From IMG/VR virus record IMGVR_UViG_3300030410_000060, positions 1 to 52,799 of that record: a stretch of 52,799 nt of DNA. The stretch is one strand, 5' to 3'. The notes under the pieces were generated by a model, which saw only the letters and a list, made by a program, of their open reading frames with translations, made no database searches and had not been told where the DNA came from. The position numbers and the translations under genes are program-made. Shown here piece after piece: positions 17,892 through 26,399 of the stretch. Each line of letters begins with the position of its first letter. Position 1 is the stretch's first letter. This stretch comes from a virus. Lineage: Duplodnaviria; Caudoviricetes.

Positions 17892-20800
17892 TAGCCGAAG
17901 GACCTCGAGGCGGAGGTAGTTCGACTGCCTTTTTTCACCCCCGCTAGCATTTGGAGGCCGGAGAGGGTAAGACCTGCACCGGGGACATTGCCTAGGGAGG
18001 AGTCAAATAGCTCGTTAACTGTGATTTGAAACGTCTCACACTTCTGGATTTTAGGAAATATCCTAGCCTTAAAGGGAGAGGGGTTACCGCCGAAGGGGCT
18101 TTCACTTCCCATAGGGCCGGGAGCTAATCCAAAGATTGAGCCTGGGGAGAGAGGACTTACTAAAGTGCTTTGGTTTATTGCAGAGATATAATCGTAAGCA
18201 AATTGCACATTGAGTTTAAAAGGACTTAAGTAATTACCTAAGACTAAAAGCTGATAGAAACGCTCGTAGCCCTGGATACCTGCCATAGACATCCACCCGG
18301 TCTGAAAGCTCATAAGGACTGGACTACTGCCGTCTTGGTACTTACCGGGGGTCTCTTGGTAGACTTGAGAGGGGAGCGTATAGGGCGTCTGAGAAGGAGG
18401 AGATACGATACGTGGGGCAGTGATGACAGTCTCTAAGCCTTGGTATATAGTACTTGACACACCGCTAATGCCTACGAAGGTACCCCACTGCTTAAAGTAG
18501 TAGTCGTACATGAGGGTAACACCGTTGGATAACCTAAACCTGACTTGGTTTGTACCAGGTATTGCATTTGCCGATACAACAGGGATTGAGTTATAGGCTT
18601 CGACAGGGGCTCCTACATAGCTCGTGTTCAGGTCTCTGCCTAGGAGCCATATGCCCTTATCTGACTGAAACATAAGACCTTCGGGAGTAAAGACAATACT
18701 ATTCTGATTGGCACACCCGACTGTTGAGGTGACAAACTGAGGGTTAGAAAAGTCATTATTAGCGCCCGTATTGTCTGGGCCCACACCGGTGATATAATAA
18801 ATAGCGCCTGACTTAAATATAATTAGTTTATCGTCTAGGGCTGAGAGACATCTCATAGGTCCTGTACTGCCTGTAGCTGAGATCGTAGGGGGCACGTAGA
18901 GCGTGAGGAGGTCTGACATCTCCACGGGTACGTTTGAGATCACTTGCTTAGAGTACCAGAGGAGGTTTTGGTCTTCTGCGTCAATAGCGAATAGGCGCGT
19001 ACCGTAGGCACACATCGAAGTGACGGCGGGGGCTGCCGTGTGTTCTATTACTCCGCCTGTCGTATAGAGGATGGCGTTACCGATAATGGAGACGTTCCCT
19101 GTCTGAGCTAGAGTGTCTACTATCTGGACAGAGTCTACTGCTGGGTTATTTGGGTAGGTAGTGATAGGGCTATTGATTTGATAGTACACCGGATTGGTGG
19201 CGCTCCACCTATACACTACAATTCTAGGGGGGTTATTGGCAGTCTTAGCTGTAAGCCTTAGCATTGGCACGTTTATTGTAACTGAGTTAGTAGAGCTACC
19301 GGCGGGTACGGCCATCTTAACCGGGACACTCGGCGCTGATCTATGCAGAATGCCCTGCCCGTCTGTCCATTCATAGGTAGCGACATAGTAGTAGGTGTCT
19401 GAGGTCATACTCCCACCATTAACGGAGGTAGTAGTGCCAATATCCTCAGGGAATACATGGAAGCCGTGCTCTACGGGCTTAGTGCCGTCGAATTGATAGA
19501 GTTGGCCTCCGGCTAAGTGGAGGGAGCCCCCTAGCTCTGCCGTCACCATGCCCGAGGGGAGGAAATTAAAAGTCGCTAGGTTAATCCCTAACTGACTATA
19601 GATACCCGCTACTTGAGAACCTTGAGGGACGTTTGTACCTTTGTTAACTGAAGTAGTTAAGTCTTTATAAAGATAGGAGATTTGAACACTGCTGCCGTTA
19701 ATACTCACCGCTGGGAGGTTAGAAGCCTGAGTGTAGCCTCCTCCGTTGGATGCCGCTAGTCTACAAACGATATTAGCTGACTTGTCCACTAGGAAGTAGG
19801 TAGGCTGCATGAGGCCGCCATAAGCCACCATAACGTAGGTCGTGTTATTATAGGGGTGTATGAAAGCCTTGGACGCTAGCCCTACGCCTCTCATGAATAC
19901 CGTAGTGGGGCCTGAGATAGCGCCTGCTACCGTATAAGATACCGTGGCGATAAAGTTAGATGCGTTATTAGGGGTGGCGGGAGCGTTAGGGGTGTAGCTG
20001 TAAGTATTAGACTTTTCGTAGAAGATTGTTAAAACGCCTGCGTTAGCTACGGTGGCAATGTTAACGACACTTGAGGGGCCCCCGATAGCGAAAGCCGTAA
20101 CGACATTGGCTAGGTTGTAGTCATAGGCTTGTATATTGAGGAGGTTAGTGTCAAACCAGGTGACCCAGACGTTCGCATTGACGGTGTCTATGGTCATCGA
20201 GATCGACGTAGGAGCGGCGGAGGCGATAGTATTAACGATACCGCTGAGTGCGAGCTGGGGGGTGATCCAAAACGTGCGTACCGTGACTGAGCCTGGGAAA
20301 GAGATATAGAGGTTACCGCTAGGGACGGTGGCGCCGTCGAAAGGGGAAGTAATGCTATTGCCCGTCGCTATGGTGACGGGGGCGGTTGGCTTGTCTGGGG
20401 CCCCCACCGGTATCGCTATATACTTTAAGGCGGCTGCCGCTGCCCAATAGACGATAATGAAGTAGCTACCTACGATAAAGACTTTTGGACCTACGGTGGC
20501 GCTAGGCGCTGCTAGAAGGGCTGTGTTGTCTATAACGACAGTTCCTGTCTGAGAGTCCACTAGACGATAGTAGGAGTTTAAGTTAGCGTCATACCAGACG
20601 ATACAGCTTAGGCCATTCGGTGCTACGATGGCGTCTGTAGTGAGTTGGGAGGTATTCGTCCTTACCTGAGGCACTACGGAGAGTTGGAGGGGCTGAATAG
20701 CTCCCTTGTTATACCACTGGTTCGTATCTTTAGAGAGGATTTGTAGGTTAGTGCCTACAGCGCATAGGTTAGTGTTAAAGGTCGTAGCCGTCACCGGAGT

Positions 20801-20977
20801 AACGGAGGGAAGTGGAGTTAAGTTACCGAAGCCGTTACGTTTAGTTAGGGCCCCTGCCTGAGTAAATTGAGAGTTAACTAAGCTTAAGAAGCTCCCAGCC
20901 GTCACCTGATAGGGGTCGGTCTTGGTGTCTACACCTTTGGCGAAGTTAATATCGATAGGTACTTTATTTAATGGCAT
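17891..20977 (-). CDS. Tail nozzle / tail tubular protein B-like (beta-propeller)
   Basis: GVDTKTDP..N.QFT..GALTKRNG start, RLFAID..LLWYSK, LIIFK, VGCANQNSIV; size and position. Confidence 0.8.
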   Translation of the reverse strand: MPLNKVPIDINFAKGVDTKTDPYQVTAGSFLSLVNSQFTQAGALTKRNGFGNLTPLPSVTPVTATTFNTNLCAVGTNLQILSKDTNQWYNKGAIQPLQLSVVPQVRTNTSQLTTDAIVAPNGLSCIVWYDANLNSYYRLVDSQTGTVVIDNTALLAAPSATVGPKVFIVGSYFIIVYWAAAAALKYIAIPVGAPDKPTAPVTIATGNSITSPFDGATVPSGNLYISFPGSVTVRTFWITPQLALSGIVNTIASAAPTSISMTIDTVNANVWVTWFDTNLLNIQAYDYNLANVVTAFAIGGPSSVVNIATVANAGVLTIFYEKSNTYSYTPNAPATPNNASNFIATVSYTVAGAISGPTTVFMRGVGLASKAFIHPYNNTTYVMVAYGGLMQPTYFLVDKSANIVCRLAASNGGGYTQASNLPAVSINGSSVQISYLYKDLTTSVNKGTNVPQGSQVAGIYSQLGINLATFNFLPSGMVTAELGGSLHLAGGQLYQFDGTKPVEHGFHVFPEDIGTTTSVNGGSMTSDTYYYVATYEWTDGQGILHRSAPSVPVKMAVPAGSSTNSVTINVPMLRLTAKTANNPPRIVVYRWSATNPVYYQINSPITTYPNNPAVDSVQIVDTLAQTGNVSIIGNAILYTTGGVIEHTAAPAVTSMCAYGTRLFAIDAEDQNLLWYSKQVISNVPVEMSDLLTLYVPPTISATGSTGPMRCLSALDDKLIIFKSGAIYYITGVGPDNTGANNDFSNPQFVTSTVGCANQNSIVFTPEGLMFQSDKGIWLLGRDLNTSYVGAPVEAYNSIPVVSANAIPGTNQVRFRLSNGVTLMYDYYFKQWGTFVGISGVSSTIYQGLETVITAPRIVSPPSQTPYTLPSQVYQETPGKYQDGSSPVLMSFQTGWMSMAGIQGYERFYQLLVLGNYLSPFKLNVQFAYDYISAINQSTLVSPLSPGSIFGLAPGPMGSESPFGGNPSPFKARIFPKIQKCETFQITVNELFDSSLGNVPGAGLTLSGLQMLAGVKKGSRTTSASRSFG

Positions 20978-22260
20978 TAGAGTAGCTCGTATACCATGAG
21001 GCGTACGTTAGTGGCGTAAGTATTCTGCCCTCCGCCGTTGTAGTTATTGGTATATAGCTGGTAGTTGTAGGTCGTACCTGCGACAGTAGAGTAGGAGTCT
21101 ACCATCCAAAGGCCTCCGCAAGGGACGAACAGTGTGCTATTCGTTACACCGACTAGGTTAGTGGTGACGTCTACTTGTCCTATGGTGAGGAGAGAGGGAC
21201 CTGTCGGGTCATATCTAGTTATCCTAAAACCTGAGGAGGCGCTTGCCGCTCCTCGAGTTGTCCCGATTACCCCGCTAATCGTGGTGTCGCCGTCGGGCAC
21301 TAAACCTACCCAGATCATTTTACCCCCTGTAGAGGTAAAGTTAACGGCTACGTTAGCTGCACCGGTGTATGCTACAATCCACCCAGCGCCCCCGCTATTG
21401 ATATAAGGTCCCGAGCTAACACTAGCGATAATAGTGCGATTAATTACTTTGGGGAGGGTGATAGATTGGTCTGCTATCTTAGCGGTCGTAACGGCAAGAG
21501 GAGCGATATTGCCTGTTGACACTCCACTCGTAGCGATTTGAGCACTATTCACTCCCCCGGGGGCTATTTGGATCTTATTACCGGCCGTCTGATTAAGGGT
21601 AATATTATCTAAGGCCACTTGAGAGATGACGTTACCTGTAGGGTCCACTTGCAGAAAGCTTGTCGCTACGGGGAGGGAGGCGGGGAGTGTCAAGGTGTAC
21701 TGGGTCGCTAGAGCTGCGTTAGCTTGGATGGCAACCCCGTTACCTGTCCAGGTAGGGGCTGAGCCCGGATAACGGATAATATGAGCGCCTGAGTCAAGGT
21801 TACCCGCTACGCCTACGGCTTGGTTAAACTTGTATACACCGCTTGTACCCCCCGATGTGAATACTACGGAGGCGGGGGCTGTCAGGTTGGTGATACTGCC
21901 CGCTACACCTGCGACAGAGCCGTTATTAGTGATTTGGACTTGGTGGCCTGTAGTGTCATTATATATCAGCTCTCCTGAGGGAGAGGCGAAGATACACCCT
22001 ACGTCTGGGGAAGTTGAAGCAATAAGTCCACTAGGGATATAAAATCTGACAGTCCTGGTCTGTATTAGATCATTCTGAGCCATTGTTAAGGCAGAGTTAA
22101 TATTGATACCGGCTGGGTTAATGGGGACCCCTGAGCCTGGACTATGGTTATGGGAGTCGATAATGGTGAGAGACGATTGAGTATTCTGTGCCCAGGCAGG
22201 TCCTGCGTCTACACTCGCCTGGGGTACTGGTAGGTTCATGTTAGGAGAGTTAATAGCCAT
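20977..22260 (-). CDS. Tail protein (fibre/spike-like)
   Basis: IDSHNHSPGSG start, VTTAKIADQSIT repeats, beta-rich C-terminus. Confidence 0.65.
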   Translation of the reverse strand: MAINSPNMNLPVPQASVDAGPAWAQNTQSSLTIIDSHNHSPGSGVPINPAGININSALTMAQNDLIQTRTVRFYIPSGLIASTSPDVGCIFASPSGELIYNDTTGHQVQITNNGSVAGVAGSITNLTAPASVVFTSGGTSGVYKFNQAVGVAGNLDSGAHIIRYPGSAPTWTGNGVAIQANAALATQYTLTLPASLPVATSFLQVDPTGNVISQVALDNITLNQTAGNKIQIAPGGVNSAQIATSGVSTGNIAPLAVTTAKIADQSITLPKVINRTIIASVSSGPYINSGGAGWIVAYTGAANVAVNFTSTGGKMIWVGLVPDGDTTISGVIGTTRGAASASSGFRITRYDPTGPSLLTIGQVDVTTNLVGVTNSTLFVPCGGLWMVDSYSTVAGTTYNYQLYTNNYNGGGQNTYATNVRLMVYELL

Positions 22261-22261
22261 A

Positions 22262-22558
22262 TTAGTATACCCAGAGTGATACCGTCGTAGCGGCGTTAGA
22301 GGTTAGGGTTAAAGTCTTATTGTTTAGGGGCTGAGATCTATAAACAGTGGCAGGAGCTGAGATATCGGTGATAATCCACCCCTGCATTTGTCTATCGAGG
22401 AGGTGATTAACCACTGTAGAACCATTAATAAGGTTTATCTTAGTTAAGGTTACTCCTTTAGTTACTGGGTTGGCTAATAGAGGATTAAGGAGGGAAGCCC
22501 AGGAGGATTGGAGCATAGATAAAATCCGGTCTGGGGTATTGAAGGAGGGGAGGGCCAT
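22262..22558 (-). CDS. Small tail structural protein
   Basis: VNHLLDRQMQGWIIT..VSLWVY; tail operon coupling. Confidence 0.6.
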   Translation of the reverse strand: MALPSFNTPDRILSMLQSSWASLLNPLLANPVTKGVTLTKINLINGSTVVNHLLDRQMQGWIITDISAPATVYRSQPLNNKTLTLTSNAATTVSLWVY

Positions 22559-22758
22559 TATTTGTTTCTCCCTCTTTCGTCAAATACCTTGTAATCGCAG
22601 ATAGACCAAGAGCAAGATACTTTTCGGTAAGACCTTCCACTAGCGACGTCAGGGGTCTGGCGTACAGCTTTATTAGCTAACCTCTTAGCTTTTCTAACGC
22701 CTAAGCCTCCACCCTGTTGGTCGGATAATATGGGGGTTTTGCGGTAGGACCTACTCAT
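22558..22758 (-). CDS. Small basic protein (MSRSYRKTP...YRKVSCSW), unknown function
   Basis: 66 aa, TAATG-coupled on both sides; homologous relic at 418-519. Confidence 0.75.
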   Translation of the reverse strand: MSRSYRKTPILSDQQGGGLGVRKAKRLANKAVRQTPDVASGRSYRKVSCSWSICDYKVFDERGRNK

Positions 22759-23792
22759 TACCAGCCTGCATTTCCGCCGAAGCCGCCTTGATTAAAGCCT
22801 CCGCCGCCTGAGCGTGTATCTTGGATTGTGTCCGGCTGCCCTGCGTCTCTGTTCTTAGCCCCGGCTTCAATCCTTTGTTTTAATAAAGCTTTGTCCATTT
22901 TAAGGGCTGTCGTGTCGCTTTCCTCTTTGGTGAGGGCTTTGATAGCTGCGTCTACGATGACGTATTCGAGCCACCCTGAGATACCGGATGTAGTGATATC
23001 GCTATCAGCTAAGAGCATGGTGAGTCGGGGGAAGTATCTAAGGCGAATGAGTTGATTACCGCTAGGTACAGGGATAAACTCAATGTATTTGTCTAATAGA
23101 CGGTACTGGGCGTTAAAGACACCATAGAGGGTACTTGCGCTATTCGGATAGAAATACTTGTTTCTGTCCATAGGGTTAAACTTACGCATGGTGACGAAGC
23201 CTTGAGGCGTCGTGTTAGCGGCTAGGTCTACTCCCCATAGCTTATAGAAAGCGGGAGCTGCCTCAACTACGTTAGTTGCGGTATTAGTAAATGTGAGTTT
23301 ACCGTCTGGGAGGGGGTAGCGGCTTGTAGAGCCGTTAGTGGTAAACTGATAGGGGGCGGAGAGGAAGTAATCCTCATAAGCGTCTATGAGAAGGTCGTAA
23401 AGCTCAAATAAGCTATTGTTAATATTAAAGTTCCACTCTGATACACTAAGAAAGTTTGAGCCTTCTCTATCGGCCCGCTGCTTAGCTCGGAGTCTTATCT
23501 CTCCTAAGCTCATCTCTCCTGACATGGCGGGGACTGCTGATACCGGTGTCGAGTAGGGGCTAGAGCCTGAGACGTTTACGGAGCTGATTTGATAATAATA
23601 GGTAGTACCAGATACCACTGCTGTATCTAGGTACTGGGGGGTAGCAGGAGAGGCCACCGTGGTGTAAGTGATTTGGTCTAAAGATCTTTGGACAGTGTAG
23701 GTCGTGGCGCTGGGCATAAGGTCCCAGGCCAAAAATATGGCACCGTTACCTTGACTTGAGTAGACGTTACTGGGGGTAGCTGGTATTGCCAT
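22758..23792 (-). CDS. Head-tail adaptor (tail tubular protein A-like) with N-terminal fibronectin type III domain
   Basis: LAWD..YTVQRS..YLDT..YYYQISSVN.SG.S FN3 pattern; LGEIRLRAKQRAD, WLEYVIVDAAIKAL adaptor pattern. Confidence 0.75.
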   Translation of the reverse strand: MAIPATPSNVYSSQGNGAIFLAWDLMPSATTYTVQRSLDQITYTTVASPATPQYLDTAVVSGTTYYYQISSVNVSGSSPYSTPVSAVPAMSGEMSLGEIRLRAKQRADREGSNFLSVSEWNFNINNSLFELYDLLIDAYEDYFLSAPYQFTTNGSTSRYPLPDGKLTFTNTATNVVEAAPAFYKLWGVDLAANTTPQGFVTMRKFNPMDRNKYFYPNSASTLYGVFNAQYRLLDKYIEFIPVPSGNQLIRLRYFPRLTMLLADSDITTSGISGWLEYVIVDAAIKALTKEESDTTALKMDKALLKQRIEAGAKNRDAGQPDTIQDTRSGGGGFNQGGFGGNAGW

Positions 23793-23810
23793 ATGTCCTT
23801 TATAAACTAA

Positions 23811-23846
23811 GTAGGGGGGACCACTGTTTTCGACCCGCCCCCCTAC
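23811..23846 (-). terminator. GC-rich hairpin, possible weak terminator or RNA stabiliser
   Basis: GTAGGGGGG / CCCCCCTAC 9-bp stem followed on minus strand by TTAGTTT. Confidence 0.4.
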
Positions 23847-23888
23847 CTATCATGATAACGCTGTAGGAACTATTAGAAACTAAGAAGA

Positions 23889-24551
23889 TTATCCGCCGGA
23901 GCCTGGGAGTACAGAGCTTTCGTCGAAATCAAGCCAAATCGTGATAAGAGTACCGTCTGATGGGGCAGTCAATAAGTTACCTTTGTAACAGTTGAGGTAC
24001 ACGTATCCGCCAATGCCGTTAGCATTTTGAGGATTTGGGTTAACAGTGAGGTTAGGATTACCGATAACCTCAATGTGGTCGCCTGAGGACCCTGCTGCCG
24101 GGGCAATAGCTGTAGTGGCGGAGCCGCCGATTAGGGCGGACGAAGTAGCTATAAATGCTACGCCGATAGCAGGAGTTACCCCGAGAGGGAGGCCGACAGC
24201 GATCCACTGAGCAGTGGTGGCAGTACCTAAAGCAGTGATAACGTTAATGTTATTGGCTACCGTTGAGGTTGTCGGAGTTCCATTAGGAGAGGAAAGAGTT
24301 GAGACAGCGCCGATAAAGCGTCTATAGTTATCCTTGATCTGTACTTGGATAGCTCCTGCGATAGGGTTAGGGCTCCCTCCGGTAGGGGAACCGGTTGTGT
24401 GCATGAATACGTTTTTAACCATTCCAGACGATTTTAGTCCGGTAATCCCTAGGCCGTTGCCCGAAGCTACGGTAAAAGAAAACTCGAAAGAAGCAGGGCG
24501 AGCGTGAGGAGAGTAAACATTGCCTTTATTGGCCCAATTACGATTTGCCAT
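23889..24551 (-). CDS. Virion structural protein (capsid decoration-like)
   Basis: MANRNW start, G/T/S-rich beta protein, first gene after late motif. Confidence 0.6.
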   Translation of the reverse strand: MANRNWANKGNVYSPHARPASFEFSFTVASGNGLGITGLKSSGMVKNVFMHTTGSPTGGSPNPIAGAIQVQIKDNYRRFIGAVSTLSSPNGTPTTSTVANNINVITALGTATTAQWIAVGLPLGVTPAIGVAFIATSSALIGGSATTAIAPAAGSSGDHIEVIGNPNLTVNPNPQNANGIGGYVYLNCYKGNLLTAPSDGTLITIWLDFDESSVLPGSGG

Positions 24552-24557
24552 AGTACT

Positions 24558-24633
24558 GATATCCTTAGGTATTCCGCGCTAGTATCACCGTAGTGGCATG
24601 CGGAATAGCCTAACGGGCAAGACTAAGGATATC
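24558..24633 (-). promoter_or_regulatory. Structured 5' leader whose stem covers the RBS
   Basis: GATATCCTTAG / CTAAGGATATC 11-bp inverted repeat enclosing TATTCCGC / GCGGAATA. Confidence 0.55.
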
Positions 24634-24638
24634 TTAGG

Positions 24639-24662
24639 CTTACTAAGTGTAAGGGCTTTCAC
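24639..24662 (-). promoter_or_regulatory. Putative late promoter motif, copy 3
   Basis: Minus strand GTGAAAGCCCTTACACTTAGTAAG. Confidence 0.65.
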
Positions 24663-24895
24663 AAGCCTTTGACCTCGGTAACCTTATAATAATAGACTAG
24701 GCGTGCTATAAAGGCGTATAGGTCGTCTGTATACCCCTCTAACCCTCCTAGGTAGTGGGCTACAGCTATGATAGGAATACCATAAGCTACGGCTATTTGA
24801 CCGATAGACTCGAGGAGGGGCTCATCTGGCCTCCCTCCTCGCCAAGCCACTATTGCAGGAATATTAATACGATAGAGGCTTACGTCTATGATCAT
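24659..24895 (-). CDS. Hypothetical protein
   Basis: ATGA-coupled ORF in accessory island. Confidence 0.65.
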   Translation of the reverse strand: MIIDVSLYRINIPAIVAWRGGRPDEPLLESIGQIAVAYGIPIIAVAHYLGGLEGYTDDLYAFIARLVYYYKVTEVKGL

Positions 24896-25122
24896 GTTAA
24901 ATCCTCGTCCAAGGACTCTCTCGGAGCCTTTAGTAGGGACTTACTCTTTTTCAATTCAAGGAGGCTAAGTGAGAGAGCGTACTTCGCCATGACAGCTTGC
25001 ACCGCTCTGGCCCTGTCTACTCGGTGCTTCGGGAAGGTCGTAGCCTGTCCGAGATCGTCGGTGTCTGGAATACCGAGGGCTAAGAAGCGGCCAGTGTCGG
25101 AGTTGACTAATATGAGTTTCAT
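24892..25122 (-). CDS. Hypothetical protein
   Basis: AGGAG RBS, coupled at both ends. Confidence 0.65.
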   Translation of the reverse strand: MKLILVNSDTGRFLALGIPDTDDLGQATTFPKHRVDRARAVQAVMAKYALSLSLLELKKSKSLLKAPRESLDEDLT

Positions 25123-25277
25123 TACCCGCTCCTTTCATTGGCTTCTCGAAACCGCTCCAGTGCGAACTCAAGCTGCTCGGGGGTTAGCTCTAAGATCTCA
25201 GTAGGGAAGAGGGGCAGTTGAACTGTGCCCGTTGGTAGTGTTCCGGTTTCTAGAATGTTTACGGTGTTGGGTTTCAT
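25122..25277 (-). CDS. Hypothetical 51-aa protein (absent from ORF track)
   Basis: AGGAGG RBS; MKPNTVNILETG...REANERSG; TAATG overlap. Confidence 0.65.
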   Translation of the reverse strand: MKPNTVNILETGTLPTGTVQLPLFPTEILELTPEQLEFALERFREANERSG

Positions 25278-25289
25278 GATTGCACCTCC

Positions 25290-25511
25290 TTAAAACCACT
25301 TAATGCGGTTACGAATTTGTTCGCTACATTCAAGAATTTGTTGAGTGCCCTTTTTCGCAAGCTCAGCGGCCTCAAGAGTTTCGTATCGAACAGGGTAGCC
25401 AACTAGACCATTCGACACCGTCCAATACTTGCGGGTGCCTGTGACTTCGAAACAATCAGCCGTGAACTTGATTTGACTTGGGGCTGGTCGTGGTCCTAAT
25501 TGGTTTTTCAT
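25290..25511 (-). CDS. Hypothetical protein
   Basis: AGGAG RBS; own upstream palindrome. Confidence 0.65.
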   Translation of the reverse strand: MKNQLGPRPAPSQIKFTADCFEVTGTRKYWTVSNGLVGYPVRYETLEAAELAKKGTQQILECSEQIRNRIKWF

Positions 25512-25536
25512 ACTCTGTGTTCTCCTGATACCAGTA

Positions 25537-25561
25537 TTGCGCGTTAACGCTTAACGCACAA
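25537..25561. promoter_or_regulatory. Palindromic operator-like site
   Basis: TTGCGCGTTAA-CGC-TTAACGCACAA, 10/11 matching arms. Confidence 0.5.
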
Positions 25562-25652
25562 GTTGTGTCGTTAAAGACCGAGGCGGTTTATTGAATCTAT
25601 TGGACTTTGCGGCTCTGGTAGTAATGCTAGTGCCATTATATTTCTTGCTCAT
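25551..25652 (-). CDS. 33-aa basic peptide or truncated gene (absent from ORF track)
   Basis: TAGGAG RBS and promoter upstream; MSKKYNGTSITTRAAKSNRFNKPPRSLTTQLVR. Confidence 0.45.
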   Translation of the reverse strand: MSKKYNGTSITTRAAKSNRFNKPPRSLTTQLVR

Positions 25653-25670
25653 TTTTATCTCCTAAGTTAA

Positions 25671-25699
25671 AGCCTAATACAATTATTATAATAAATCAA
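25671..25699 (-). promoter_or_regulatory. Sigma70-like promoter
   Basis: TTGATT-N17-TAGGCT. Confidence 0.5.
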
Positions 25700-25704
25700 G
25701 TGTG

Positions 25705-25923
25705 TCATCCTCTTTTTAATTTAGAGTTTTTCTCCCTATTGTTAAACCTAACAGCTTCCTCGTCATCATTTAGGGTCTGCCCCTCCTGAATAGGATAGAG
25801 CTGTCCGATAGGAATGATATAAATATAGAGGGATTTTGTTAGTATCCAAGCTTCTCCATTAGCTACAGAGATCACTGTACCCGCCACATTATCCGCCATT
25901 ACCGCAATGTCGCCTTCTCTCAT
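25705..25923 (-). CDS. Hypothetical protein (KOW/SH3-like)
   Basis: MREGDIAVM..GTVISV; ATGA overlap with dut. Confidence 0.6.
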   Translation of the reverse strand: MREGDIAVMADNVAGTVISVANGEAWILTKSLYIYIIPIGQLYPIQEGQTLNDDEEAVRFNNREKNSKLKRG

Positions 25924-26333
25924 TTGCCTGTGCTCCCATATCCGCCCGTGCCTCGAGCACTGGGGTTTAGTGTGCCTTCTACAAGTGTAATTTGAGGGTA
26001 GGGGAGGACTATAAGCTGTCCAATCCTCTCCCCTAACTTATAGGGCGTTCTATTCCCGCTACCTGTAAATCGAAAGGACACCTCCCCTCTGTAGCCGCTA
26101 TCTAGTACACCGACTGAGTTACAAAGCATTAAGCCCCGCTCGCTAATACTAGACCTAGGGAAAAGAAGACCTACGTACCCTTCTGGTATCTCAAAGGATA
26201 AGCCAGTACCATATTCCCAGTACTCATCTTTTATCGACATACTATTAGCAGTTAAATCTAAAGCAGCGTCTCCCTCCTTAGCATAAGCGGGAGTTATGGC
26301 GTTTTCATAGAGCTTTTTGAATTTGATAATCAT
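25920..26333 (-). CDS. dut: Trimeric dUTPase
   Basis: DAALDL, PRSS, GVLDSGYRGE, RIGQL, RGTGGYGSTG. Confidence 0.95.
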   Translation of the reverse strand: MIIKFKKLYENAITPAYAKEGDAALDLTANSMSIKDEYWEYGTGLSFEIPEGYVGLLFPRSSISERGLMLCNSVGVLDSGYRGEVSFRFTGSGNRTPYKLGERIGQLIVLPYPQITLVEGTLNPSARGTGGYGSTGK

Positions 26334-26399
26334 TTTTGCCTTTCTATACCCTTACGGGACTTTTTTCATGGTTTTAGCTAATTTTGTACCCTATCGGTG

